A DNA stretch of 35,587 nt from a virus (IMGVR_UViG_3300032212_000679:1-35587); one strand, 5' to 3'; counted from the stretch's first letter, positions 1 through 9,500 are shown. The notes: generated by a model from the letters alone, not told the origin. Translations and numbers: made by a program.

Positions 1-228
1 ATGGAAGAAAATAAAAACATAGTTAAACTAACATGCCAAGAGCTGGGGATAACTCAGAAGGAGTTGGCGGAGAGGTTGGAAGTAAGTCCTGCATCAGTTT
101 CAGACTGGGCAAAAGGCAATATTCCAAAAATGACGGAACTTGCTTTAAATCTTATGATTGAAAATATAGAACTGAAAAAAAAGCTAACCATCTTCAAAGA
201 AGCCCATAAAATAGCAAGTGAGTTATAA
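1..228 (+). CDS. XRE-family HTH transcriptional regulator
   Basis: GITQKELAERLEVSPASVSDW HTH_3-type motif. Confidence 0.88.
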   Translation: MEENKNIVKLTCQELGITQKELAERLEVSPASVSDWAKGNIPKMTELALNLMIENIELKKKLTIFKEAHKIASEL

Positions 229-251
229 GGGTATTCATATTTTGAACACCC
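229..251. terminator. Stem-loop immediately after the XRE stop (terminator or operator palindrome)
   Basis: GGGTATTCA-tattt-TGAACACCC imperfect inverted repeat; weak U-tract. Confidence 0.35.
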
Positions 252-310
252 TTAAATATGATTTTCTGAACAAAATAAACATAAAATTATGAATAATCCT
301 ATTTTTTTAC

Positions 311-339
311 TTGACATAATCAGAAATATCTTATATAAT
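311..339 (+). promoter_or_regulatory. Consensus sigma70 promoter for the antirepressor operon
   Basis: TTGACA (311-316), 17 bp, TATAAT (334-339); palindrome AATACG-N6-CGTATT at 349-366 just downstream. Confidence 0.75.
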
Positions 340-419
340 GCTCTCATTAATACGGATTATCGTATTTGTTCTTTAAATTGAGAGATTATTAAAAGTTAAA
401 AGTGTGTTATACTTGTGTA

Positions 420-605
420 ATGAAAAAAGAAACTCTAAAGGAACTTGGTAAACTCATCTTAGATGTAACTAAGATTGTTATTGCCATAGTTGTTATCACA
501 CCTTTTGTTAAAGGTGGAAGTGTTGAAATTTTACCAATATTATCAGCTGTTGCTATGGCTGGTATAGGTTTATACATAATAAATAAAGGAGCTAAAGATG
601 AGTAG
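420..605 (+). CDS. Small two-TM membrane protein (DUF6722-like), probably leaderless
   Basis: MKKETLKELGKLILDVTKIVIAIVVI plus a second hydrophobic helix; TG-n-TATACT at 405-413 lies 7 nt before ATG420. Confidence 0.65.
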   Translation: MKKETLKELGKLILDVTKIVIAIVVITPFVKGGSVEILPILSAVAMAGIGLYIINKGAKDE

Positions 606-705
606 CTTAACCGTAGCATCACTTGTACTGTTGGCGTTTAGTGCAGTAGCTGCACTTTATGTTCACTTTACAACCAAAAACGAAAAAGGTCCACACACCC
701 ACTAA
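598..705 (+). CDS. 35-aa single-TM micro-protein (not in ORF track)
   Basis: MSSLTVASLVLLAFSAVAALYVHFTTKNEKGPHTH*; AAGGAG RBS upstream; overlaps previous stop. Confidence 0.6.
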   Translation: MSSLTVASLVLLAFSAVAALYVHFTTKNEKGPHTH

Positions 706-751
706 CTTTTAGTATCTCTCGAATAAAGAAAATCAATTTTGAGGGAATACT

Positions 752-1372
752 ATGCAAATCACATTCAACGACAAACCGCTTCACCTGGTGGAACATTCAC
801 AACACGAGTTTTTACTTTCAAATAAAGAAGTTGCACTTGGGTATGGTGTAAATCAAGTTACTATGTCAAGACACAAAACAGAACATTCCGACGAACTCAT
901 AGAAGGTAAACACTGGCTTCGGCTTCAGGTTCAAACCAAAGGCGGAAAACAAAAAGTAATTCACTGGACCAAAAAAGGTGTAGTACGTTTAGGTTTCTTC
1001 ATAAAAAGTGAAAATGCTAAAAAGTTTCGTGACTGGGCTGAGGACTACATAGTAAATCCAAATGCCGAAAATGATGAAATTAAGAACTTGAAACAAATCA
1101 TCATGGCTCAAAACAAACTCATAGCAGAAAACTCATCTGAGACTAGGAGAAAACTTGATGATATCTTTATGAACGATCCATCTATGCATAACGATTTCTT
1201 AGAGTTCTTATACCAAGCAAACAAAGCAGTCCATGAAGTAAACATCATAAGACACATATCACCAAGACTTGACGATACACACCAAAGCCTAAGTAACTTC
1301 ATGCTTCACATAACCAGAAGATATGAAAAGATAAGAGGTGTAAGTAAGTATAAAATGAAACAAATCGAATAA
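752..1372 (+). CDS. Phage antirepressor-like DNA-binding protein (BRO-N/ORF6N-like N-terminus)
   Basis: EVALGYGV...HSDELIEGKHW...WTKKGVVRLGFFIKSENAKKFRDWAED motif; coiled-coil C-terminal part. Confidence 0.75.
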   Translation: MQITFNDKPLHLVEHSQHEFLLSNKEVALGYGVNQVTMSRHKTEHSDELIEGKHWLRLQVQTKGGKQKVIHWTKKGVVRLGFFIKSENAKKFRDWAEDYIVNPNAENDEIKNLKQIIMAQNKLIAENSSETRRKLDDIFMNDPSMHNDFLEFLYQANKAVHEVNIIRHISPRLDDTHQSLSNFMLHITRRYEKIRGVSKYKMKQIE

Positions 1373-1383
1373 GCCAAATTATA

Positions 1384-1893
1384 CTATACTTCAAGTGCTG
1401 CCAACCTCCTAGATAATTTTTCAGCCCTATTCTCACTATCTTTACCGTCTAGCATATCAAGTTCATGTAGATCTCTGTACCATTTGCTATCTAGCATCTC
1501 GACACTAGCTTTTTTGTATTCATATTCAGATAGATACTTCCAGGTCTTTTTGAAGTTCATTAAACCCTCTACTCCCATCATGTATGCCATCTCTAAAATT
1601 ACATCCTGAGCCTCTTGAGCCAAATGATTTACAAACGGTTTTCTTCGCTCGATATCTTCAGCGATAGGTGTTAACCTCATTAGTATTAGAATCTTTGCTT
1701 CTTTCTTTGTGATCTCAAGAAGAGTTCCATTACCAATAGTTAGTTTTAACTCAGGCATCATCATCTCTAATTTAGTTAAAAACTCTAAATCTGTTCTTTG
1801 CAAAGCTTTCCTGACTATAGGGTCAACGTGTGCAAACTTAGTGTAACCCTCGCCATCAATTATGCTATCTACCGCTTGTGTTGAAACTTTCAT
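1384..1893 (-). CDS. Endolysin, T4-lysozyme/GH24-like muramidase
   Basis: E-x8-D (EGYTKFAHVD), LTIGNG, MAYMMGVEGLMNFKK, EMLDSKW, NRA motifs; last gene of the late operon. Confidence 0.85.
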   Translation of the reverse strand: MKVSTQAVDSIIDGEGYTKFAHVDPIVRKALQRTDLEFLTKLEMMMPELKLTIGNGTLLEITKKEAKILILMRLTPIAEDIERRKPFVNHLAQEAQDVILEMAYMMGVEGLMNFKKTWKYLSEYEYKKASVEMLDSKWYRDLHELDMLDGKDSENRAEKLSRRLAALEV

Positions 1894-1946
1894 TTTCTAC
1901 CACCTACATTCATATTTTAAAAAGTACCTATTTATTAACTCAACAC

Positions 1947-2189
1947 TTAATGAGCAACTTTTTTTTTATCTTGATCTTCTCTTACAACTTCACGACCTTT
2001 ATCGTACAAAGTCGCTCCGACATCTACAGCCTTTAGAGTAGCTCTGGTTTTTGCATCCATTGGAACAAGCGGTGCTACTGCTTTACCTACTCCATAAGCT
2101 GTTTTTGCAACACCGTAGGCTTTGTCTGTTTTGGCACAACCGCTTATTAAGATCACGATAACAAGTAGTATCATTAGTAGTATTTTCAT
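1947..2189 (-). CDS. Lipoprotein in lysis cassette (spanin-like candidate)
   Basis: Hydrophobic signal with ISGC lipobox; amphipathic KAYGVAKTAYGVGK segment. Confidence 0.7.
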   Translation of the reverse strand: MKILLMILLVIVILISGCAKTDKAYGVAKTAYGVGKAVAPLVPMDAKTRATLKAVDVGATLYDKGREVVREDQDKKKVAH

Positions 2190-2503
2190 ATCTCATCTCC
2201 TTTTATATAATTTAATATCTTTCCCTGCCCTTGTTCCAATGCATCAAAGCGTGTATCCATATGTTTTTCAAACTGTCTAAATAGTTCCTTAGATACAAAC
2301 TTCTCATCAACATCTTTTGCTGTAACTGCGAGTTCACTTCTAGTGTTTAGTGCTACAATATCATCACCGTGTTTATCAAGTCTTTTAAAGATCATGTCTT
2401 GATTCTTCTTTAGTTCGCTAACCATATATCGCATTACGAATATTGCACCAATAAACCCTATGATTGCTAGTGCTAAACTAACATAACCGCTATAATCCAT
2501 CAT
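2186..2503 (-). CDS. N-terminal TM plus coiled-coil protein; holin/antiholin or i-spanin-like
   Basis: One N-terminal TM (SLALAIIGFIGAIFVM), heptad-rich remainder, lysis cassette position. Confidence 0.55.
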   Translation of the reverse strand: MMDYSGYVSLALAIIGFIGAIFVMRYMVSELKKNQDMIFKRLDKHGDDIVALNTRSELAVTAKDVDEKFVSKELFRQFEKHMDTRFDALEQGQGKILNYIKGDEI

Positions 2504-2883
2504 AATACTTCCTCGTTATAGTTAAATGCACCGGCACCGGCAACATTTACAACTGCTCTGTATGTGTCGGCTCTCAACTTGGCTGCTTTTGTCGGGTAAT
2601 ACCACTTATCAAATAGATCAATGACGATCTCTATGTTGTCATGTATTCTTTCGTCATACATTTTTCTATCTTCCTCAGTACCGCCACGCTTATAATCATC
2701 ATCATGTATGCAACACACAATTCTAATATTTAAGCCATACACCGTATTAGGCACAAAGTATTTATTCCAGCCAGTTCCACAACCGTTACAGCTTTTTCGT
2801 TCATCTTCCCATCTATCCCAGAATCCATCAGAAACAATCAGATGTTCTTTAAGTTCTTCGATTGAAACTTGAAATAAATACAT
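2500..2883 (-). CDS. Phospholipase A2-like protein
   Basis: CNGCG loop, CCIHDDDY catalytic-type motif, downstream D and Y..V...G as in PLA2-fold proteins. Confidence 0.6.
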   Translation of the reverse strand: MYLFQVSIEELKEHLIVSDGFWDRWEDERKSCNGCGTGWNKYFVPNTVYGLNIRIVCCIHDDDYKRGGTEEDRKMYDERIHDNIEIVIDLFDKWYYPTKAAKLRADTYRAVVNVAGAGAFNYNEEVL

Positions 2884-2898
2884 TTTTGCTCCTATCTC

Positions 2899-3432
2899 TT
2901 ATAAACCAGCACCAGCTATAAATAACTCGTCTATCTGTAGTTCTGTAAGACTTAACGCTGGTGCTAGTTGAGCCACAAACAGGTGACCTCTTGTTAGCTC
3001 AGTTGCTAAATCCCATTCATCCTTTGCATCTACATTTGAGGCTAGAACTGCATTAAAATCATCCCATAAAGTGCCAGTACCCGAAACAGTAGCTTTCATT
3101 GCTTTCATTGCTTGTACTCTTGTAATAGTAGGCGGTACAGTAGCTTTAAACTCTGCATCTAGTTCCGCTTGTGTCTTAGCTATAGAAGTTCTAGTCACAT
3201 ATACAATCTTGCTCACTTCATCAACTCTAAAAGTCTCGCCACCGTCATACTTATGTGTATCAGCTAAAGGCGGTGTCTCATCGCTCTCAGCCCAATAACC
3301 GAAACCTCTAAAACCAAGTGCTTCGTCAGTCCAGCTTAAATCATTAAGAGATTCTTGTTTTAATCCAACAAGTGCTTTTGGTAAAGCCTCTCTTGTAGTT
3401 GCTAATGTTGTTAAATTTACTTTTATCATCAT
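2899..3432 (-). CDS. Tail fibre-associated/assembly protein
   Basis: VPPTITRVQAM...WDLATELTR...QIDELFIAG C-terminal module typical of fibre-adjacent phage proteins. Confidence 0.6.
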   Translation of the reverse strand: MMIKVNLTTLATTREALPKALVGLKQESLNDLSWTDEALGFRGFGYWAESDETPPLADTHKYDGGETFRVDEVSKIVYVTRTSIAKTQAELDAEFKATVPPTITRVQAMKAMKATVSGTGTLWDDFNAVLASNVDAKDEWDLATELTRGHLFVAQLAPALSLTELQIDELFIAGAGL

Positions 3433-4730
3433 AGCTGTACTCCTTTATTTAAAAGTGCTACTGCTGATGGTTTAGCAGACGAATAATCAATTGGAGCATC
3501 ACCGCCAAGAACAGCAGCGGTTGTTGCTGAATAAGTGGCTGTGTAATTAGTCATGCTTCCTCCATCATCAGAGTAAGCAGCATACCCCGTATTTATGTTT
3601 AACCAATCTGCCGTTAAATCTGCAATAGGAACAACAAACATTGATGCAGCCATTGTTACTGTAGCCAAAAGCAGATATATGTTTTCATTATCAACCTCTA
3701 GTTCATAAAATGAACCTGTTGTTCTTATTGCTTTTATTAAATTTAGGTTGTTGTCTAAAATTATCAATGTTTGATTACTATTAATAGTATCCACAGCTAC
3801 ACAAACTACATAGTTATCACTTACTTCTAAAAAGCTCATACTTCCATAATCTGCACCGACTTTATGATAATACTTAGATATACCACCATTAAATGTAGAA
3901 TTGACCTTACAGAAAAATACTTGCTCCTCTGTTGCAACACTTGTATAGCCTGTTTGAGCAAGTAAGATTGTTCCGTTTTGAGTAATATTAAATCTTATAT
4001 CTAAACCACCCCCAGCCACTTGAAACTGTAATTTATCTGCATTAGCTACTGTTTTATCTGTCTTGTAGATTGTATTACCAGCACTAAAATACAATTCAGA
4101 GTTATATGTCTTCATATCTTCAATTCTTCTAGTGCTGTCTGGTTTTTTTGATGTTGTAGGTACAGTTAGATTTAAATCTGGTATATGTACAAGGTTACCA
4201 TAGACATTACCCTGATAGTTAAAACTACAAGTTACTGAGCCATCATCAAAGACAGAGACACTATCTAAATATGTAGAACTTAAAGTATCAATAGTATAAA
4301 AACCAGCTTTTAAAAATACTTTGTTTAGCGTATCATAAACAGCTATTGAAGGTGCTACTGCACCTGTAGCTGATGAACTCTTAGATCCTGCTATACAAAT
4401 ATATTGTTCATTATCTGATACAGCTATTGCAGTATCTTGAAAGTTATTTCCACTATAGATTTTAAATATTCTTTCTGCTTCTAATGTAGCTTTGTTTATC
4501 TTTGATGCTATTGTTCCCTCAGAGTAATTACTACCCCCTACATCATCAGTTCTATATATAAAGTTGCCTTTTAGCATAAATGTATCGAATGATGAATTAG
4601 AATACGGTATCACATAAGGTGCTACATAAGAACCGATTGCAACTGCTGAAGATGTTGCAGTTGCACTCCTAGTCGGCAAGCCACCAAGACCACCGCCGAC
4701 AGCAGGGTTTAATCTACTTAACTGATTCAT
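3429..4730 (-). CDS. Putative receptor-binding/tail protein (beta-propeller-like); start likely ATG4730
   Basis: Ser/Thr/Asn-rich beta-strand blades; follows tail tip genes; ATG immediately after upstream stop. Confidence 0.55.
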   Translation of the reverse strand: MNQLSRLNPAVGGGLGGLPTRSATATSSAVAIGSYVAPYVIPYSNSSFDTFMLKGNFIYRTDDVGGSNYSEGTIASKINKATLEAERIFKIYSGNNFQDTAIAVSDNEQYICIAGSKSSSATGAVAPSIAVYDTLNKVFLKAGFYTIDTLSSTYLDSVSVFDDGSVTCSFNYQGNVYGNLVHIPDLNLTVPTTSKKPDSTRRIEDMKTYNSELYFSAGNTIYKTDKTVANADKLQFQVAGGGLDIRFNITQNGTILLAQTGYTSVATEEQVFFCKVNSTFNGGISKYYHKVGADYGSMSFLEVSDNYVVCVAVDTINSNQTLIILDNNLNLIKAIRTTGSFYELEVDNENIYLLLATVTMAASMFVVPIADLTADWLNINTGYAAYSDDGGSMTNYTATYSATTAAVLGGDAPIDYSSAKPSAVALLNKGVQL

Positions 4731-4731
4731 C

Positions 4732-5145
4732 TTAGAAGTCCGTATATTGAGCAGTAAAGACGATACCACCGATTAAAGCTACGCTAGAGGATACATATAG
4801 TTTATCCCCTGCTTCTAGTCTGATCGGTGTTGCATCACTAATGTTTGCAAAGTCTGTTACCGGAATAGCTGTTGTCGCTGCTACCGTATGAGCTGCCATC
4901 AATGCACTATCAACCAATCTTTTAGTAAGACCGTTATCCTTACTTACAAATAAGTACAAAGCCGAAGCTGTGACTGTAGCTCTTGGAACTGCTTTTAAGC
5001 TAGTTAGTAATGCACCCTCCAGCCCTGCTGTTGCAATAAGAAGTGTATTAGTCGGTGCATCATCTGCTATTGTTCCTGCTAGTGTTGCTACTGCTGTACC
5101 TGTCTTTGTCGTTTGTGCGAATGGTGCTGTATCTGTTTTTGCCAT
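4732..5145 (-). CDS. Tail structural protein (beta-sandwich)
   Basis: Ala/Thr-rich, LEAGDKLYV motif; tail operon. Confidence 0.5.
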   Translation of the reverse strand: MAKTDTAPFAQTTKTGTAVATLAGTIADDAPTNTLLIATAGLEGALLTSLKAVPRATVTASALYLFVSKDNGLTKRLVDSALMAAHTVAATTAIPVTDFANISDATPIRLEAGDKLYVSSSVALIGGIVFTAQYTDF

Positions 5146-5165
5146 CTTATTTTCCTTGTTTTAAA

Positions 5166-5624
5166 TTAAAAGCACAATGCTGTTGCTTGTGATTGTGCTA
5201 GGGTTTGACCAGCTTCAGGAAATAAAGCCCAATTTGCACTTTCTGCAACTGGTTCTTCACTATTGTTATTGACTTTTGAAGCCCACCTTCTGCCATTGTT
5301 GGATACGCTCACCCCTAAAGGATAAGGGTAAACAACTGGCGAAGTTGGTGTTGTAGACCAATCACCTTGATAGTTTGCACCGGCAAGTGTTATACTTGCG
5401 CTAAGAGCTGCATTATCACTTGCTGTTTGAACCTGACTTGCTAAAGTATCAACCTCACCAGCTACTGTATTCATCGCAGATATTGAATTATTCATTGATG
5501 TTAAAACTGTTGGTATTCTTCCCCACACATAGGATGCGTCTGATCTAAATGTTGCAGAACCTTCGACTGGTATTTGAAGTAAATCAAAGTTATCTGCCTG
5601 CGGTATTGTTACTGAAATTGCCAT
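5166..5624 (-). CDS. Tail tip/fibre adaptor with carbohydrate-binding-like C-terminus
   Basis: YQGDWS...YPLGVSVSNNGRRWAS...W resembles CBM5/12-like motif. Confidence 0.5.
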   Translation of the reverse strand: MAISVTIPQADNFDLLQIPVEGSATFRSDASYVWGRIPTVLTSMNNSISAMNTVAGEVDTLASQVQTASDNAALSASITLAGANYQGDWSTTPTSPVVYPYPLGVSVSNNGRRWASKVNNNSEEPVAESANWALFPEAGQTLAQSQATALCF

Positions 5625-6544
5625 TATATATATCCTTCTACTTCTAATTGATATGTTGTTTTTGTTACTGAGATTGGCATATCGTGATCTTTCATTTCAC
5701 CGTAAATCAATAAAGATTTATAGCCACCTTCACGCTCATCACCTACAAATATACAAGGTGTATCAACGATTGTTTCAAGTCTGTCTTCTATTAAATCTGT
5801 ATGTTCAGAATCTATTAAACAGGTTATTTTCATTCTTCTGTATCTTGCTTTTCTTCTAGTTACAATGTTGCCATCAGAATTACGTTTTTTTGATGTGATA
5901 CCCCTTCTTGAAATAACTGGTTTTGGATCTATTAAAGATAAACCGTAACTTTTTGAGCGACCATAAGCAATGTGACCGACCGATGCCGTATTAGTTGGAT
6001 TGTCTATCCATATTTCTAGTGTTGCATTAAACACTAAGGGTAAAAGTTTGTAGAAATTAGAATGATATTCCGGTGTTTCATAAGACCAGTCAAACCAATC
6101 AAATACCTCTCTTTCTAGCGTGTCGTATGTTTGGTCAATTACTGGAAGGGTTGTATCTAGGTTTACTATTTTCACACGAACCGTTGCAGCTCTTAAACCG
6201 CCAAGCATTAACACATCAATATCAGATGTTGAAAACTTGTAATATATAAAATCTGCATTTTCACACTTAGATGAGCCTAATTCATCAAAAGCCCTTCCGT
6301 AGTTAGTCGCTCCATCATCCCACCAATATGTTCCTCTTCCAGTTGTTGGGTCAACATCTACAAGTGGGTCTACACCTATTGGCACATCCTGAACAGCTTT
6401 ATATTTTCTATGGGTAACTCCATTGATTTGGACTACAGCATATGTTGAATAAGCATTAGCGGTACTGTGAACAGCAATTCCAGCTTCAATTACTGCAATA
6501 TTTGTATCTAATATAACAGCTTTGTTTCTAGTGGAAATAATCAT
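5624..6544 (-). CDS. Distal tail/tail tip protein
   Basis: Directly after TMP; WWDDGATNYGRAFD motif; beta-rich. Confidence 0.6.
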   Translation of the reverse strand: MIISTRNKAVILDTNIAVIEAGIAVHSTANAYSTYAVVQINGVTHRKYKAVQDVPIGVDPLVDVDPTTGRGTYWWDDGATNYGRAFDELGSSKCENADFIYYKFSTSDIDVLMLGGLRAATVRVKIVNLDTTLPVIDQTYDTLEREVFDWFDWSYETPEYHSNFYKLLPLVFNATLEIWIDNPTNTASVGHIAYGRSKSYGLSLIDPKPVISRRGITSKKRNSDGNIVTRRKARYRRMKITCLIDSEHTDLIEDRLETIVDTPCIFVGDEREGGYKSLLIYGEMKDHDMPISVTKTTYQLEVEGYI

Positions 6545-9500
6545 GCTATTTTTTCCTCGATTTCAGATAGTAATATTGATTGATCTTCATTCTCTTTTCT
6601 GAGTGCTTTTATCTCATTTGCTTGTTGAGCAATCAATTCTGTCTGTTGAGCTGTATCTTTTCTTAGTGCCTTTAACTCTGCTACAACTGCTTTCATAGGA
6701 TTATTTAAAGTTACTGGAATTGTTTTTCCATCTGGCAGAGGAACAAATGCCTCTGTTCCTGCTTCACCAAATAGTGCCACCGTTGGCTGGTCCACCACTC
6801 CACCGTTTGCAAAAGGTGTAAATTCAGGAGCTACTTCTTCAAAGTTACTAGCTAAGTCTTCTGTAGCTGTGTTACTCTGATTAGCCCAATAGTCCACTTC
6901 CTTGGCAGATGGAGTGCGACCCAACCCTTGCTCATATAGAGAGGTTATATAATCAGCCCTTGAAATATCGCCATTCTCTACGCCAGCAACACCTACCGCT
7001 ATACCTAAGTTTGATGAAGATAAAGCACCGCTGGCTAACTCGCCAGCCCAATAATTAGCACCTGCTGTGTCAGCTTCTATGCCTAATACGCTTTGATAAG
7101 CTGTTGATACTTGTGACCCCTCTTGTGATAAAGCAGATAACTGAATATCTTTAATAGCCTTTACTATCTCGCTATCTGCACCCCAAAAAGCCTCATAATC
7201 GTTAATAGACTCATTCATAACATCTAATAGAGCATCTTGACCTATAGAGTAAGCATCTATTATCTCTTGTAACTTAGTTTCTGTTAAGTCTTTTAACTCG
7301 TCTGTTTTTACTTCAAACGCTACAGTTTCTAATATAATAGCTTCTTCAATATCACCTAAAGTTGATGCTGTACCTGATTGACCACCTAAAGCCTCTATCT
7401 TATTAGCCATAACAGCTATTGCGAAACCAGCCTCACGACTACTACCTGAATACTCTAATGCTTGTTTAGAAAACTCATCAGTTAAAGCTGTAATACCTGA
7501 AACCTCAGTACCTATATCTTGACCTACTGATAATTTCATAGTAGCATCGGCTATAAGCCTGTTTAACTTGTCTTCTGTAAAAGATAGTTGATCCTCACCA
7601 CTCATAGCCGAAACCATTAATGACTCAGCAGTATCAATTAAAGTTTTAGAATAGTCGGTTAATTTCTCAGCTACTACAAGCTCGTTATTTAAAAAAGCTA
7701 ATCTCTCATTATGTAATTTCGTTTCACCATCTAACTGAGCTTGATACGCCTTCATAATCTTAGCAGGGTCGTCTCCAGCCTCAGCAAAAGTCATAAAAGA
7801 ACCATTTAATGTATTAAGTCCTCTTTGTGCCTCAACTACTCCTTGTGAAAATGTAGTATAAGCATCTGCTAAACTTGTTATCTCATCTATAGCCATCTGT
7901 TGAGCTAATGTTTCTGTCTCAGCTATACTTTGAGCTAAAGCGTCATTATAAGCGTCTTGTGCATTAGTAGCACTCATTAAAGTATCACTTAATGTATTCC
8001 ATTGTTCAATCGCTTCGGGTGTAAAACTTTCTCTCATAGCCTCATTATATCTATCAAGGAAATTTTCAACCGTTAGCCCTGTTTGCCCCATTATTTCAGC
8101 AAGGCTATTAAAATCATTGCTTACGAACTCAGCTTGTTTAGATAAAGCCTCTAAATCAAGCCCATCTCTTTGTAATGCAAAAAGTTCAAACTCTCTCTGT
8201 ACTCCAACCACAGTTTGAAAAGCGTTTGTAATGGCTTCACCTACCGCCATATCTACATCTTTTGCGTACTGCTCCCAAACCTCAAAAGTCTCAATACCTT
8301 GTAATACATCTCCTGAGATAGCTTCGTGTGAACCTCTTACGATAAGGTCTTCTATAACTTGTGTCATATTTAAGCTTCTGAGTTTGCCTACAAAATAGTT
8401 ATAATTCTTATCGCCTACCTCGAACCCTGATGTTCTTCCGAATAATCCCGTGTATAAAATATCAGCTATTGCGATTACATCAGTTTCGCCCTCTACTTGT
8501 TTCCTTAGTGTTTCAACTGTTGGAGCTCCTGTATATGCCATTAATGCACTTTGAGCGATAGCGTCTTGTAACGTTTCATTAGGGTACTTGCCAGCAGATA
8601 CCACAATGTCATCAAACTCGCCTAATTGTGACAATAAGAAATCATAACTACTAAATATACTACTTATCTGTTTTTTAGTTGCTTCATCGAGTTCTGTAAA
8701 TTCCGTCCATGATTTAGAGCTAAACCATGATTTTTTTTCTTTATCTACAAACAACACTAATTCATCTAAGCTGTCCGCAGTTAATGACTCAGCAGAAAAT
8801 AATCCCGCAGCCGTAGTTTTAGTCTTACCGAATATACCACCGACAATAGCACCTAGAGCCGAACCGACTATACCTCCTAATAAAGTACCGATACCCGGAA
8901 AAATAGACCCGATTATTGCACCTGTAGCACCACCGATTGCACCGCCTGTTGTAGCTTGTGTATCTGCACCAAGTAGCATATCACCTAAACCACCTAATGC
9001 AGCACCCCCTATACCGCCAGCTAAACCAGCAGTAGCAATACCGCCAGCTAAAGAACCACCCGTAAGACCGCTAACACCTCCACCACCTAATACATTAGCA
9101 CCGCCAGCTAATACACTAGCTGTACCTGTAAAACCTGCAGCAGAAGCTGACCCTGCTAAACTACCTAATAGAGCAGATGGACCGTATATAACACTCGTTA
9201 AACCCTCTGTAAATAAAGTAGTAGCTGTCTTTAGATTACTTGCTGCTGATACTAAGTCTTTAGCTCCTAAAGCTGTACCAGCTGCATCACTAGCTGAGGC
9301 AGCAGTAGTAACACCTCCCGTAGTAAATATGCCACCTGTTAGCTTACCTAATGTTGATATTATAGTAGATGTTGCCGACCCACTTGTAGATGGAGTTGCA
9401 CCAAAACCTAGCATGTCTTTTACACCGCCAATTAGTGATTGCGATAATTGACTTGAAACACCTCTAGCGATAGATGTAGTTATAGAACTCCAAAAATCTT

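Larger units (their letters stand above)
369..730. repeat. Imperfect inverted repeat arms (369-404 and 700-730) enclosing two small ORFs
   Basis: Left TTCTTTAAATTGAGAGATTATTAAAAGTTAAAAGTG vs reverse complement of right TTCTTTATTCGAGAGATACTAAAAGTTAGTG. Confidence 0.75.

Noticed and set aside
407-622. Minus-strand 71-aa ORF and other short antisense ORFs inside large genes
   Set aside because: Antisense shadows of well-supported genes with no RBS or promoter
2899-5624. Diversity-generating retroelement or invertible tail-fibre switch
   Set aside because: No reverse transcriptase, TR/VR pair, serine invertase or inverted fibre cassette seen
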